The translations under genes and the position numbers were made by a program. The notes beneath the pieces were generated by a model. It searched no databases. It saw only the letters and a list, made by a program, of their open reading frames with translations, and was not told the DNA's origin. A stretch of 63,676 nt of DNA, the filler included, from Chiloscyllium plagiosum (Eukaryota), in the NCBI RefSeq assembly GCF_004010195.1. It is 5 parts of one record of this genome, joined end to end, with 100 filler letters (N's around TTAATTAATTAA, not from the genome) between each part and the next. Parts side by side here need not be neighbours in the genome. Positions count along the whole stretch, not along the records: positions 1 to 26,597 come from NC_057716.1; positions 26,698 to 37,757 come from NC_057716.1; positions 37,858 to 48,126 come from NC_057716.1; 2 more parts are not named here. The stretch is one strand, 5' to 3'. This document shows positions 26,171-38,874 of this stretch, in pieces; the stretch's first letter is position 1; each line of letters opens with the position of its first letter.

Positions 26171-26597
26171 GTCACTATCAATCGAATGGCCTCTTCTGTA
26201 CTGTATGACACTCACTCTATGACTCTTGTGATTGGACAGTCCAGGTCTCACTCCTTCAGTTCCTCCAAGTGCCTTGTCTATTCCACAGATTTCTACAATA
26301 TTTTCTCTGTAAAGACATTGCATAATTCCGTTTTTAAACTAACTACGTGTATCTCTGTGTCTTTCCCTGTCATCTCCTCCAGCCGCTGCATCCATTTGTA
26401 TTTCAGTAAACCTCCGTATCTCCACAATCTTTATTTCATACTCCAGCCCCATCTCTCACTGTAAATTCCGACAGCTACTGCACCCCTCCCTATCTCTCTA
26501 ATATCCAGCTGCTACACCTCTCCACATATCCTGTGAATGAATTATAAAATATCTCAATAACATGTTCTAGCATGCACAGGCCACGCTATCTCTCGAC

Positions 26598-26697
26598 NNN
26601 NNNNNNNNNNNNNNNNNNNNNNNNNNNNNNNNNNNNNNNNNTTAATTAATTAANNNNNNNNNNNNNNNNNNNNNNNNNNNNNNNNNNNNNNNNNNNN
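26598..26697. other. Artificial scaffold linker N44-TTAATTAATTAA-N44
   Basis: Identical 100-bp construct occurs four times; the 12-mer has stop codons in all six frames. Confidence 0.97.
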
Positions 26698-27550
26698 ATT
26701 TCAGAGGTTAACTGACAGGTTAATTGGCGGATATGCAACTGTGTGGTGTATATTGTGCCTCGTGACTAAGAGTCTCTCATGGATTGAATATTTACAGCAT
26801 TTATAGGGCTTGTTTGATCGAATTCGGAAGTCAAACTGGTATGTAAACCTAACTGAAAGTGAATCTGCCAAAGCCAAAGTCACCTTCCTGGGATATGTCA
26901 TTGGAGGCGGGCAAATAGCCCCACGGGATGCGAAATCGTAAGTTACAGGGGACTTTTACACATTGTTGACGAAAAGAGCAGTACTACGGTTCCCGGATAG
27001 AGTGGCTTTTACTGAAAGTTTGTGCTGAATGATACCAATGGGACTGTTCCACTCACCGAATTGTTAAAAACAGACAATAAATTTCAGTGAACACAAGACT
27101 TTCAAAATGTATTTGACAGCCTAAATACTTTGTAAATCATTGCCAAAGTGTCAGCAACATCTAATTACACGAAGGCTTTCCAGGTGCCTATCTATGCCAG
27201 TGATGTGCGTGTCTCTCTTCTTCTGCCCCTCTAATTTCGATCTGTAAACCTGTTTCATTTTTCCTCTGTGTTTATGGGGTTTAATTATCAGGACTGTTGT
27301 GTATTTTTGGAAAAGCATAATTAAATCTATTTTGGATAGCTGAGTTCTGTGGGTATTCTATATTCTGTTCACTGTGTTTCATCGCTTAATATTGTGAATA
27401 ATTATCTCTCTGTTTTAAAAACTGGAAGTCAACCTAGCTAAAGTATTCCGAATAAATTTTACTATATATTCACCAAAACAAATAACGAAGTTACGCTCTG
27501 GATTGCCTGCATAAGAATGTTTTGAGTGGTGTGGCCTAGGCAAAACGGAG
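26698..27550 (+). mobile_element. Ty3/gypsy RT-RNase H fragment (to about 27215) followed by an LTR-like remnant
   Basis: AKAKVTFLGYVIG, PLTELLK..KFQ*T and FQVPIYASD (F.V.TDAS) remnants. Confidence 0.85.
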
Positions 27551-28041
27551 GTTGTTTTTCTCAGAGCAGAGCTGATTGTGAGGAGACATGATCGACGTGT
27601 CCGAAATAATGAGGAGCATGGAATGACAGATTGAAGGACACATTAGCTCTTGATCGATCACCAGGGTTTGTAGACTGGTAGGAAAACTTTATCAGTCAGC
27701 GGTGTTAGAGTCTGGAACTGACTCTCTATAAAGATCATTTGGACAGTTAACCCTTCATTCTTCACTGATTCCACTGGCCAAAGAGTTTCGAAAAGTTCTC
27801 AAAGCCGAGCATTCCCACGACCAACAGTTATTCGATCGGTGGCTTTATGAAATGGAATTGTGCACATGAGTAACACGAGTGACTATTCGGCTTCCCTCCA
27901 GTGATGACGCTAGAATATTGACTCTCATATTCTCGGGGACACTAAATGAAGGCATTCTCGGTCCTGCAGATAAGGAACTAATACCTTATTTTGGCTTCGG
28001 AAAAATCAGTTTTTATGCTTATTATAAATCTGCGCTATTCC

Positions 28042-28114
28042 CAAGCCAGGTAGGATTCGAAGCTATAATCTCCTGACCCGTAGTCAGTCGCGTCATCCAT
28101 TGCGCCACTGGCCC
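28042..28114 (-). pseudogene. TRNAR-ACG: tRNA-Arg(ACG) pseudogene
   Basis: GGGCCAGTGGCGCAATGGATGACGCGACTGACTACGGGTCAGGAGATTATAGCTTCGAATCCTACCTGGCTTG. Full length (73 nt), anticodon ACG, but T-stem broken (G53>C) and one anticodon-stem mismatch. Confidence 0.88.
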
Positions 28115-29342
28115 AATGCATGTGGGTGACTTTAAGAGCCATGATGTTAACACGGACACGGCTAATAGCAGTCATGTTCACCAGTTGAACAAGCGATAAA
28201 GATAATCATTGTCACTGCTTCAGTCCAATCTTCTTCACCTTTCAAAGCAGTGAATTTTCCAAAAAAAACACATACGTCCTCATGAAGCTTCCATTCACAC
28301 TCTGTCTGCTCAGTCATTTACTGTTGATCTGATGAATTTCGAATCTACTTCTTCAGCATAACTGACGTGAACGTGAGCCTAATCACCACATTGTATATAC
28401 CAGTTAACTTTCAGAGATTGCGATTACAGTAACGACCTTTGCGAGTATGCAGTAAAGTGAATACTGTGAACCGAGCAAAAAATTCCCTTCATGGAAATTA
28501 ATCCAGTGCAAAGTCAAAAATATAAGGATGGGCGGATGACGTAAAAAATCCTCTGCTTATCTTTGCACAGATGTTTCTCCAAGAATTGACTCTTTGAAGA
28601 ATTCTTCTTTGTACTTTAGACTTTCCCAGTTGCAGATATTCCCTCAATCCACAAACAAGTATCCTGCTGAAAACTACTTCACTAAAGATTAAAATAGGTG
28701 ACTATCTTTTCGCCCAGCTGTTGTCCCAATGTTCCCTGTTCCATGTCAATACAAGTTCTTGCAGGTGAAATTGGAGCTCCCAGCCTGATGTCCCACTGCT
28801 TCTTGATAAGTGGGAATTGAAGCCGCTCACGTTAAGGCGAGAGCTTTTAGCCTCGATACTTCACGTGTCTTTGTATCATCAGATGATGGCATTCCGCTGA
28901 CCAATTGCATTTTCGCAGCCACATGCTCGCGCTCAATGCCATCACCATTTACAATTCGTATTGGGTGCAGTGCGACTCAAATTCTCTGATTCCACGCCCT
29001 TGAACTGGGATTATATGATATGCCATTATATGATCACATCAATGAGTGAGGAAATTGGTGAAGTAACCGATGTTAAAATACAGTGTTATTGAGAAGTACA
29101 TTTCAGCAATATCCCATGACCCTTTGAAGTTTTGTAGATATCTCGCAAACGTGATCTCCTCCAACCTCAGTGTTGCAATCTCTACAGTCTCTCGGGACAA
29201 AGAAGCTAAAGATTCAACCGAATCTGAGTTCCCACATCTAAGTCACTGTTTGACAAGTATTCCTTTGTGCGAGTGGTTCTTTTCCTGGCATAACCTCTGC
29301 CACGATCCTTATTGCATTTTGCATCGTGCTTTTGCATGTGGC

Positions 29343-29414
29343 GCCAGGATCATAAAATGGTTCTTCCTTGGCATTGTCAACACAGCAAGTCCTGCTCGAA
29401 TCACTGTGACACCA
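29343..29414 (+). pseudogene. Decayed tRNA-His(GUG) relic
   Basis: Gapless 72-nt alignment to vertebrate tRNA-His, about 46/72 identical by hand count (GCC..GATC.TA.A.TGGTT, CAGCAA, TCGAATC); T-run downstream. Confidence 0.6.
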
Positions 29415-30370
29415 ATCGGCATTTTTCCCGTTTTACTCCATGTAATATGTGCTTAGCTAACGCTGGGAAAATCAATCTTTTTTTTTTACATAAACATACT
29501 CTTTGTGGTGATAAGTTTCCTTCTTCAAACACCCGCTGTCTCACATCTTTGCGTTTAACATATCATAAACACCCTTTATCGGAGAAATCTCTCCCTCCCA
29601 CAATAACTAACTCATCTAAACGTCCACCCTCCCATTTCACTGAGGTATTGCACTATATAATACTCACATTTACACTGTTCATTCTGTACTGCTGCGGTCA
29701 CTGTTTTGGGTGAAAATGCTCAATCCCATGTTCGGCATCTTCAAGCAATTCAATCCATTTAGATGCAGCGTTTCTATAATTAATCCTCGTGGAGCAGCTT
29801 TTACTGACACGGACAAGAGATTGCTGGAGCATCGGGATCAGGATAAGTGCACAGCGCAGGATTGAGCAAANNNNNNNNNNNNNNNNNNNNNNNNNNNNNN
29901 NNNNNNNNNNNNNNNNNNNNNNNNNNNNNNNNNNNNNNNNNNNNNNNNNNNNNNNNNNNNNNNNNNNNNNNNNNNNNNNNNNNNNNNNNNNNNNNNNNNN
30001 NNNNNNNNNNNNNNNNNNNNNNNNNNNNNNNNNNNNNNNNNNNNNNNNNNNNNNNNNNNNNNNNNNNNNNNNNNNNNNNNNNNNNNNNNNNNNNNNNNNN
30101 NNNNNNNNNNNNNNNNNNNNNNNNNNNNNNNNNNNNNNNNNNNNNNNNNNNNNNNNNNNNNNNNNNNNNNNNNNNNNNNNNNNNNNNNNNNNNNNNNNNN
30201 NNNNNNNNNNNNNNNNNNNNNNNNNNNNNNNNNNNNNNNNNNNNNNNNNNNNNNNNNNNNNNNNNNNNNNNNNNNNNNNNNNNNNNNNNNNNNNNNNNNN
30301 NNNNNNNNNNNNNNNNNNNNNNNNNNNNNNNNNNNNNNNNNNNNNNNNNNNNNNNNNNNNNNNNNNNNNN

Positions 30371-31267
30371 AATACGTTCTGCCCACTGCAAACTCGCTGG
30401 TGTACTGAGAGTTGAGATGATCGCGCGAATCGAGTCCCACGGTGAAAACAATTGAAGTGTCTCGCAACTTGTGAAAATGTCGATGGAACATCAGTCCTGC
30501 AGAGACTGGAGAGCACATCCCACACAGCGGCTATTTGATAGTCTCTCCACAATGTGAAGACATTCATGATTAAACGATCCGAAGGAACTTGTATAGTGAT
30601 TACCACAATCTCAGCATTTGAAGGGTCTCTTCTTTGTGAATACGTTGATGCCGTCAGTCCCCAGAAACATTTGCAACACTAGTCACGGTCTGAGCGTTGA
30701 AAAGACCAGTTAGTAATGTTGATGGGACTTCATGTCGACTGGACATTTGCAGCACGTCCCACAGTTGTGGAATTGAAGATGTCTGTCCTCTGGGTGAGCA
30801 CGTGGATCGGACGCCAGGCCCCCAGAAGTTCTAAAGGACTTTCATTCGTGTGAGCACATTTCCCATGCATCAACTACACAGAGGTATGATAATATTTTCG
30901 AAAGTCTGGACAGATGAAAAGTTTCTCATGGGTATGAGCATGGTGCTGGATAATCCAATCACAGGATGTGTTATCGCATTTTCCGCAATCCAGACATTGA
31001 ACTCATTTCTCGTCATTGTGATCGAGCAGGTGTCGCAGTGGGTCAGAGAAGGAGTGTATCGCTTCCCACACATTGAGCTTGTTCCTGGTGTCATTGCTTT
31101 CATGGGGTTTCAGCTCAGATGAAGAAATGAATCATCACTTGTCTACAGTCTCACTTAAATATGACTACAATTGTAGTTTGTGAGCTCTGGTGGGTGCAGG
31201 AGCCTTGTCCACACACACAACAAGTGAACGATTCTCTCCCACCGTAACCGGAGCCTTTTCCTTCCAT
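30371..31267 (-). pseudogene. C2H2 zinc-finger array pseudogene (3' end in gap)
   Basis: MEGKGSGYGGRESFTCCVCGQG start; CLDCGKC, HAHTHEKLFICPD, RPFKC*DCG and FARSSQLSVHQRV; many stops and frameshifts. Confidence 0.85.
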
Positions 31268-31724
31268 GTTCAAACTCTGATCAAGTTCTATTTCGGATAA
31301 AATGCGCGACTTCATCTTTCATGGTGGAGTGATTGTTTATTAAAACTTCCCGTTCTAATATGCTGTGAAATTGATGTTATATATATTTTTTAAATCAAGA
31401 GAATGAGAAAGAGTCTCTCACAGGCTGTGGATTGTGCCTGAAGCTAGGATTGCAGTTAAGGGATTTAGGAACCAACACTTTGACAGGAAATTTACAAGAA
31501 TCTTTCAGACACACAGCCTCCACTTCTGAGAAGGAGCAGGTCAACAGGTGGATGTGATCACCATCAAATCCCTGTTCGCTCGAGGTCAAACACTGTCCGG
31601 ACTTCTCTGATATCATGTCCTATTGGAGCAGACATTTCCTTCAATTGAATCGTGCAAAAGTGAGGCTCTATCTTCAGTCCCCAACACAAATCCACTGCCT
31701 CGCCACTGAGTAGAGATTGTGGAC

Positions 31725-31810
31725 TTCGAAAGGCACAGCAGTGCAGGCAGCACCCGAGAAGCAGGAGAATCGATGTTTCAGACAAGAGCTCTTCATTTGG
31801 AATGAGGCTC
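31725..31810 (-). mobile_element. Penelope terminal-repeat fragment
   Basis: GGCAGCACCCGAGAAGCAGGAGAATCGATGTTTC motif. Confidence 0.75.
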
Positions 31811-31916
31811 TTGAGTNNNNNNNNNNNNNNNNNNNNNNNNNNNNNNNNNNNNNNNNNNNNNNNNNNNNNNNNNNNNNNNNNNNNNNNNNNNNNNNNNNNN
31901 NNNNNNNNNNNNNNNT

Positions 31917-34900
31917 CTTTGTTTTTTTTCAACAGTCTCTTTGGGAATTTAGAATCGTGGGAATGTAGGTGAGGGCATTTGAATGTTCCTCCTGTCGAAA
32001 GTGGGAGGTAAGGGTCATGACTAGTGTCCCTGCTGACTACATCTGCGGGAAGTGCACCCAACTCCAGCTCCACGAAAACCGCGTTAGGGAACTGGAGCTA
32101 GAGCTGTATGAACTTTGGATCATTCGTGAGGCAGAGAGGGTTATTGAGGGGAGTTACAGGGAGGTAGTCACTCCTCAGGTACAAGTAAAAGGCAAAATGG
32201 TTACAGTCAGGGGACGGAAGTGGAACCGGCATGCACTGCAGGGATCCCCTGTGGCCATTCCCCTCAACAATAAGTGTACCGTTTTGAATACTATTGTGGG
32301 GGACGTCTTACCAGGGGAAAGCAGTGGGACACAGGGCTATGACACAATGTCTGTCCTTGCTGGTTAGAAGGGAAGGGGGGAGAGGAGCAGAGCAGTAGTC
32401 ATTGGGGGCTCCATCGTTAGGGTACAGATAGAAGGCCCTGTGGGGACGAAAGAGACTCACGGTTGGTGTGTTGCCTCCCAGGTGCCAGGGTTCGTAATGT
32501 CTCTGATCGTGTTTTTGGGATCCTTAAGTGGGAACTGGAGCAGCCCCAGGTCATGGTCCATCGAGCACCACCGATATAGGTAGGAAGAGAGATAGGGATT
32601 TAAGGCATAAATTCAGGGAGCTAGGATGGAAGCTGAGAGCTAGGACGAACAGAGTTGTTGTCTCTGGTTTTTTGTCCATGCCACGTGCTAGTAAGGCGAG
32701 AAATAGGGAGAGATTGGAGTTCAACACGTGGCTGCAGGGATGGTGCATGCGGGAGCGTTTTGGATTCTTGGATAATTGGGGCTCTTTCTGGGGTGGGTGG
32801 GACCTGCACAAGCAGGATGGTCTTCGTCTGAACCAGAAGGGTACCAATATCCTGGGGGGGATATTCGCTCAGGCTATTGGGGGTGGGTTAAAACTAATCC
32901 AGCAGGGGGATGGGAGCCAAAATTGTAGTTCGAGTATAGAAAAGGTTGAGAGTATAGAGATCCGAAATCAAGTATCAGGGATGCAAGATGGCACCGGCAA
33001 GCAAGATGTTGGTTTGAAGTGTGTCGACTTCAACGCCAGGGGCATCCAGAATAAGGTGAATGAACTTTCAGCATGGGTTGGTACCTGGGACGTCGATGTT
33101 GTGGCCATTTCGGAGACATGGATAGAGCAGGCACAGGAATGGTTGTTNNNNNNNNNNNNNNNNNNNNNNNNNNNNNNNNNNNNNNNNNNNNNNNNNNNNN
33201 NNNNNNNNNNNNNNTAGGTGAATGGGTCTGGGTGGGTTGCTCTTCGGAGGGTCGGTGTGGACTTGTTGGGCCAAAAGGCCTCTTTCCACACTGTAAGTAA
33301 CCGAATCTAATCTAAACAGAGAAGATGGTAAAAGAGGCATTCTTGGTCAAGGGACAGCATTGCAGTTGCAGAAAGGATGTTTGGAGACTCGTCAACTGAG
33401 GTAGTATGGGCTGAGGTTATAAACAGGAAAGGAGAGGTCACACTGTTGGGAGTTTTCTATAGGCCTCCGAGTACTTCCAGAGACATTGGGGAAAGGATAG
33501 CAAAGATGATTCTCGATAGCAATGAGACAGACAAGGTAGTTGTCATGGGGAACTTCAACTTTACAAATATTGACTGGAAACACTATAGTACGAGTGCTAT
33601 AGATGGATCCGTTTTTGTCCAAAGTGTGTAGGAGGGCATCCTGACACAAGATGTAGACAGGCCAACACGGGGTGAGACCACATTAGATTTGGTACTGTGT
33701 AATGAGCCCGGCCAGGAGTTAGACTTGGAAATAGCTGAGTACTTTGGTGATAGCGATCACAATTCTTTTATGTTTACTTCAGTGATAGAAACGGACAGCA
33801 GCATACCACTGGGCAATATCTACAGCTTGGGAAAAGGCAATTACATTGCGATTAGGCAAGATTTAGGAAGCATCATATGGGGAAGGAAACTGCAGGTTTT
33901 GGGCACATTCGAAATGTGGAGCTTAATCAAGGAAAAGCTTCTGAGTGTCTAACGTAAGTAAGCACCTGCCAGGCATGGAGGAAGCATGTAGAGCGCTGGA
34001 GCTGTAGTTTATGAAGGAAGTTGAATCTCTGGTCACGAGGAAGAAAAAGGCTTATGTTCAGATGAGATGTGAAGGCTCAGTTAGGCCGCTTGAGTATTAC
34101 AAGACAGCCAGGAAAGACCTAAAGATTGAGCTCAGAAGAACCAGGAGGAGACATGAGACGTTGTTGGTGGATAGGGTCAGCATAAACCCTAAGGCTTTCT
34201 ACAGGTATTTAAAAAATAAAAGAATGACAAGAGTAAGATTAGCGCCAATCAATGATAGTAGTGGGAAGTTGTGTGTGCAGAAGAGGGCATAAGGGAAGCA
34301 CTAAATGAATATCTTTCGACAGTATTCTCCTAGAAAACGACCATGTTGTCGAGGAGAATATTGAGATACAGGCTACTATACTAAGTGGGATTGAGGTTCA
34401 CAAGGAAGAGGTATTAGAAATCCTGCAGAGTGTGAAAGTAGATAAGACCCCTGGGCCGGACGGGATTTATCCTAGGATCCTCTGGGGAGCCAGAGAGGAG
34501 ATTTCCGAGCCTTTGACATTGATCTTTAAATCGTCGTTGTCCACAGGAAGAGTGCCAGAAACTGGAGGACAGCAGTTCAAGAAGGGGAGTAGAGACAACT
34601 TGGTAATTACAGACCAGTTAGCCTTACTTCAGTTGTTCGTAAAGTGTTGGAAAAGGTTATAAGAGACAGGAGTTATAATCATCTGGAAAAGAATAACTTG
34701 ATTAGGGATAGTCAGCACAGTTTTGTGAAGGGTAGGTCGTGCCTCACAACCTTCATTGAGTTCTTTGAGAAGGTGACCAAACAGGTAGATGAGAGTAAAC
34801 CGGTTGATTTAGTGTATCTGGTTTTCAGCAAGGCGTTCGATAAGGGTCCCCAGAGTAGGCTGTTGTACAAAATGTGGCGGAATGGGATTATGGGAGATAT

Positions 34901-35660
34901 AGCAGTTTGGATCTGTAATTGGCTTGCTGAAAGAAGCCAGAAGGCGGTGGTTGATGGTAAATGTTCATGCTGGACACCAGTTCCCAGTGGTGTACCGCAA
35001 GGATCGGTGTTGGGTCCACTGCTGCTCTTCATTTTAATAAACGACCTGGTTGAGGGCGTAGAAGGTTGGGTTAGTAAATTTGCAGACGACACTAAGGTCG
35101 GTGGAGTTGTGGATAGTGACAACGTATGTTATAGTTTACAGAGAGACATCGATAAGCTACAGAGCTGTGCTGTGAGGTGGCAAATGGAGTTTAATGCGGA
35201 CAAGTGTGAGGTGATTCTTGTTGGTCGGAGTAACCGGAGTGCAAAGTATTGTGCTAATGGTAAGTATCTTGGAAGTGGAGATGTGCAGAGAGATCTCGGG
35301 GTTCAGGAACAGAGATCCTTGAAATTTGCGACCTAGGTTGACAGGGTTGTCAAAAAGGCATACAGTGTTTTAGCTTTCATTCATAGGGGGATCGAGTTTC
35401 GGAACCATGAGGTTATGCGACAGCTGTACAAAACTCTGGTGCGGCCGCACTAGGAATATCGTGTACAGTTCTGTTCACCACATTATAAGAAGGATGTGGA
35501 AACTTTGGAAAGCGTGCCGATTTCCTCGGATGTTGCCTGGTATAAAGGGAAGATCTTACGAGGAAAGGCTGAGGGACTTGACACTGTTTACGTGGACGGG
35601 AAGAAGGTTGATAGGTGACTTAATAGAGACATAATAGATAATAATAGGGTTAGATAGGAT
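31917..35660 (+). mobile_element. Near-full-length defective CR1 LINE: ORF1 (CxxC zinc finger plus SGNH-esterase-like), ORF2 (APE endonuclease plus RT)
   Basis: CSSC...CGKC; LPGARV and DGLRLN; NARGI, YRPP, GNFN, SDH; PGPDG, QGSVLGP, FADD. Multiple stops and frameshifts. Confidence 0.95.
33215..33315 (+). mobile_element. V-SINE 3' end inserted in the CR1 endonuclease region
   Basis: GGGTCGGTGTGGACTTGTTGGGCC...TTTCCACACTGTAAG with (AATCT)n tail. Confidence 0.85.
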
Positions 35661-36650
35661 GGTAATTATTTCTGATGAAAAAGCGTGAAGTAGTTTTCTC
35701 CAGGGCTAATCTGTTTGAGTTTGAAATTCCACTTCTGTATGTCTCCTTAGAGGAACATGTGGATAACAAGCAGCTGACGCGAAGAATGCTCCAGTTTGGC
35801 AGGAAGAGCAACATGAGAGAGTAGAAGCCGTAGAGTAACGGGGAAACAGTTGGGGAGGAGACGTACGGGAAGCGGCTTAATGCTTATCTTCCTATGTAAC
35901 GACAACACAACTAGAGCAATCCAATGTAAACAGGCAGGAGGATGGGAGATTACAGGAAACCAGGCTGCCTCAGGAGCTATACATTCAACGTGTATCAATT
36001 CTTAATGGCTGAGTCTGTTCTCGAATGGCAGCCTGCTGCCTGTTTACCTCTTTGCTGACGTAAACAGGCTCTGGTTTCAAGTCTAAAGTGAAGGAAGAAG
36101 TAGCCAAATGGATAAATTCCTAATTTTCTGAGGCACTTGTCACTCTCGCAAGATGTGTCTGTGGTAATAGAAAGAACTAAAATTCCANNNNNNNNNNNNN
36201 NNNNNNNNNNNNNNNNNNNNNNAAGAAATTCATTCTGTTTGAATTATTTGTGGCACTTTTTAATATACCGATTAATGTCTCCGATCGATGAATGCAACCG
36301 AGAATATCAGAGTCAATCTCAGACCGCTGTCAGAGGAGGGGAAGATAGGAGCGTCTCGCACGCTACTCTTGTGCACATTATCAATTTCAAACCAGTCCAA
36401 TACCTGCAACCCGTGGGAGTTTAAAGGAAACAATTAAAAAGAGCCCCGTTTCTACTCTGTGAATCTTGAGGGGAATGAAGGATGAACTGACCGAATGAGC
36501 AGAGACTGTCAAGGTACCTTCCCTTTCTTGAAGGAGCAGGGACATGATCTCTGATGTTCTAGAGGCATGAACTGATCTGAAATATTGAAGCATTCCCATC
36601 AGAGCTGCTCCACTGTCGCTATTGACACTGTCAGCAACAATATAACCTGA

Positions 36651-36722
36651 TTCCCTGACCAGGCAACCAACCCTGGCCGCAGTGAAGAAAACACCGACTC
36701 TTAACCAATGCATCACCAGTGC
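36651..36722 (-). pseudogene. tRNA-Glu(UUC) pseudogene
   Basis: GCACTGGTGATGCATTGGTTAAGAGTCGGTGTTTTCTTCACTGCGGCCAGGGTTGGTTGCCTGGTCAGGGAA. Gapless, about 53/72 to vertebrate tRNA-Glu; B box broken (GGTTGGTTG). Confidence 0.8.
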
Positions 36723-37169
36723 TGCCTCGCAAGCTGGATAACCTGTATTCACACCCCCTCGGTGATCTAAACCCCATTTCTCTTACAGAGGCAAACACAC
36801 AGACACGTTCTGCGAACTGACTGTGGCCTTTGGAGAGATCAGCCAGAAAATAGGATTGCACTCAATTGGCTTATTTTGTCCCATTTCAAATTTCAACACC
36901 AGAGTTTGGTTGCAGCAAAGAAAGGAAGCATTCAGCCATTCCCCTGACCGTATTCCTCCCCTATCTCAGCATTGAGCTACGGAGGCAGTGTGCTCTGAGA
37001 GAAGGATTCTCACTCTTTAGAAAAAGCAACATAATAGATGATTGAATAGCCCGTGCCTTAGAAACCAGTCGGAACAAAACCAAGACAGAACTGAAGGCAT
37101 CATAAGCAGAAGGATCGGAGACTGTAATGCCGAATCAGACAATGTCCATGTTGATAGACACAGCGACTG

Positions 37170-37225
37170 TCCCTGGAATCCAATCATTTGGATTACGTGC
37201 TCTCACAGCCATGGCCTGCGAATCG
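37170..37225 (+). pseudogene. tRNA-Glu(CUC) relic, 3' end lost
   Basis: TCCCTGG...GGATT..G.GCTCTCAC.GCC..GGCC matches the 5' two-thirds of tRNA-Glu-CTC. Confidence 0.6.
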
Positions 37226-37757
37226 TTAGCATTTATTGTTACCAATATGAAATGCTGCCTTCCCCTCAAAAGTAGAATTATGACCTGGACATGCAAACAT
37301 AAATTGTGAAATTTATAAAAATTGATGTTTTTTTTTCCATAGATGGGCTGAAAGTGTAACATGTAAACACTTAGATTATCAGTAAAATCCAATATTCAAG
37401 CCAGTTAGTGTTGTCACAAAACTACAAAACCAGAGGAAGAGCTGGGAGTTGCATGACTGAAGGAGGTGACTGCTCCTGCTTCCGATCCACTTTTCATCCC
37501 TTTTGTCCCAAAAACAAGTGCAGAAGCCAAATACTGGCAATCTGATATATATATATAAAAAAAACAGAAAATGCTGGAAGTATTCAGCTTGTCAGGCAGC
37601 TTCTGAAAATGTGGTAGAGGTCAACACCATCACAACCTGACTGTCTTTACTTTGTATTCACAATAACTAATGTCTAAGTCACAACTCATTCAGACACATT
37701 TCCTCATCTTTAAAATGTATGCACGCTTTGCCATGAGAAACGTTTTGTCAATTAATT

Positions 37758-37857
37758 NNNNNNNNNNNNNNNNNNNNNNNNNNNNNNNNNNNNNNNNNNN
37801 NTTAATTAATTAANNNNNNNNNNNNNNNNNNNNNNNNNNNNNNNNNNNNNNNNNNNN
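37758..37857. other. Artificial scaffold linker
   Basis: N44-TTAATTAATTAA-N44. Confidence 0.97.
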
Positions 37858-38062
37858 TTTCCAATAGAGTTAAGTTATTCCACGTTCATCTTTGTTTGTT
37901 TATACTTTTACTATAGTGTTCGAATATTTTGTGTTTTGCGTAATGTCAATTAGTTTGATCAATTGAATTGGATCTGGACAACAGCACGTTTAAAATAAGA
38001 AAACGTTACGGTCCAGGCTAACTTCTTAATCTCTTTTCAGAGTCCTGATCTCATCTGTAACA
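37858..38062 (+). mobile_element. Gypsy-type LTR 3' remnant (related piece at about 9180-9350)
   Basis: Ends in ...TGTAACA; shares TTCCAATAGAGTT and CCAGTTGAATTG-like motifs with 9225-9335. Confidence 0.5.
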
Positions 38063-38156
38063 CTGTGTAATGGGATCACTCTTATTTTGGGGACAGTGGA
38101 TTAATTGAAATGGGAGATAATACCTTATTTCCTCGTGTGTTTAAAATGATGTAATA

Positions 38157-38171
38157 TCGCCCTCTGCTGGT
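38157..38171 (-). promoter_or_regulatory. Candidate CTCF site
   Basis: Minus strand ACCAGCAGAGGGCGA is close to the CCAGCAGAGGGCGC core consensus; motif match only. Confidence 0.4.
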
Positions 38172-38874
38172 TCACTTACCCCACTGTGCAATCAGCAGTT
38201 TTCACAGAATCCCTTCAGTGTGGAATTCAGTCCATCTCGTTCACACTGACCTGGCATAGAGTGTCGCACAATCATTTCCATCCCGGTGACCCTGTGTTTT
38301 ACATGGCTAATCCATCTAAGCTGCATATCCCTGGGCATTATGGGTAATTTGGCATGGTCAATCTACCTAACCTGCACATCTTTAGACTACAGGAGGTAAG
38401 TGGACAACTCATCGTTTGTTTGAGAATGCATCAATGACTGTGAATCACCCACATTGTGCGGCTTTGCGATGCTTCACTGAATAGCTTTGGCAACAGAGAG
38501 GAGTTTGTCTGATCCCTTGCATTGCTGTCCCAGAGATATTAGAGAAGGAGGTGGACATGTCTAGCATTGACCTGTTGGCACCATTGGGTCACTGAGAATG
38601 CTTTCACACTTATCATTTGTCAGATAAGTGCAGAGCAAATAAAATGCAAGTAGCATTACGTGCAATCAAATTATCTCATCTCCTTCTATCAATCATTCAC
38701 TGAAGACAACTGCTGTGGAAACACTCCTTAGTATGCACACTGTTTGTCATTAATAACTCCCAAAGACAAATTAATTTTACATGACGTTTCTCCATATAAG
38801 CCTCAGTACAACTGCAATCCTCTCCACACCCCTCTAGCGAGAGAGAGAGACTCTGTGTGTGTACGTGTGTGTGT

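Noticed and set aside
26642..26653. Recurrent TTAATTAATTAA as a biological motif
   Set aside because: Always centred between exactly 44 N on each side, so it is a synthetic linker.
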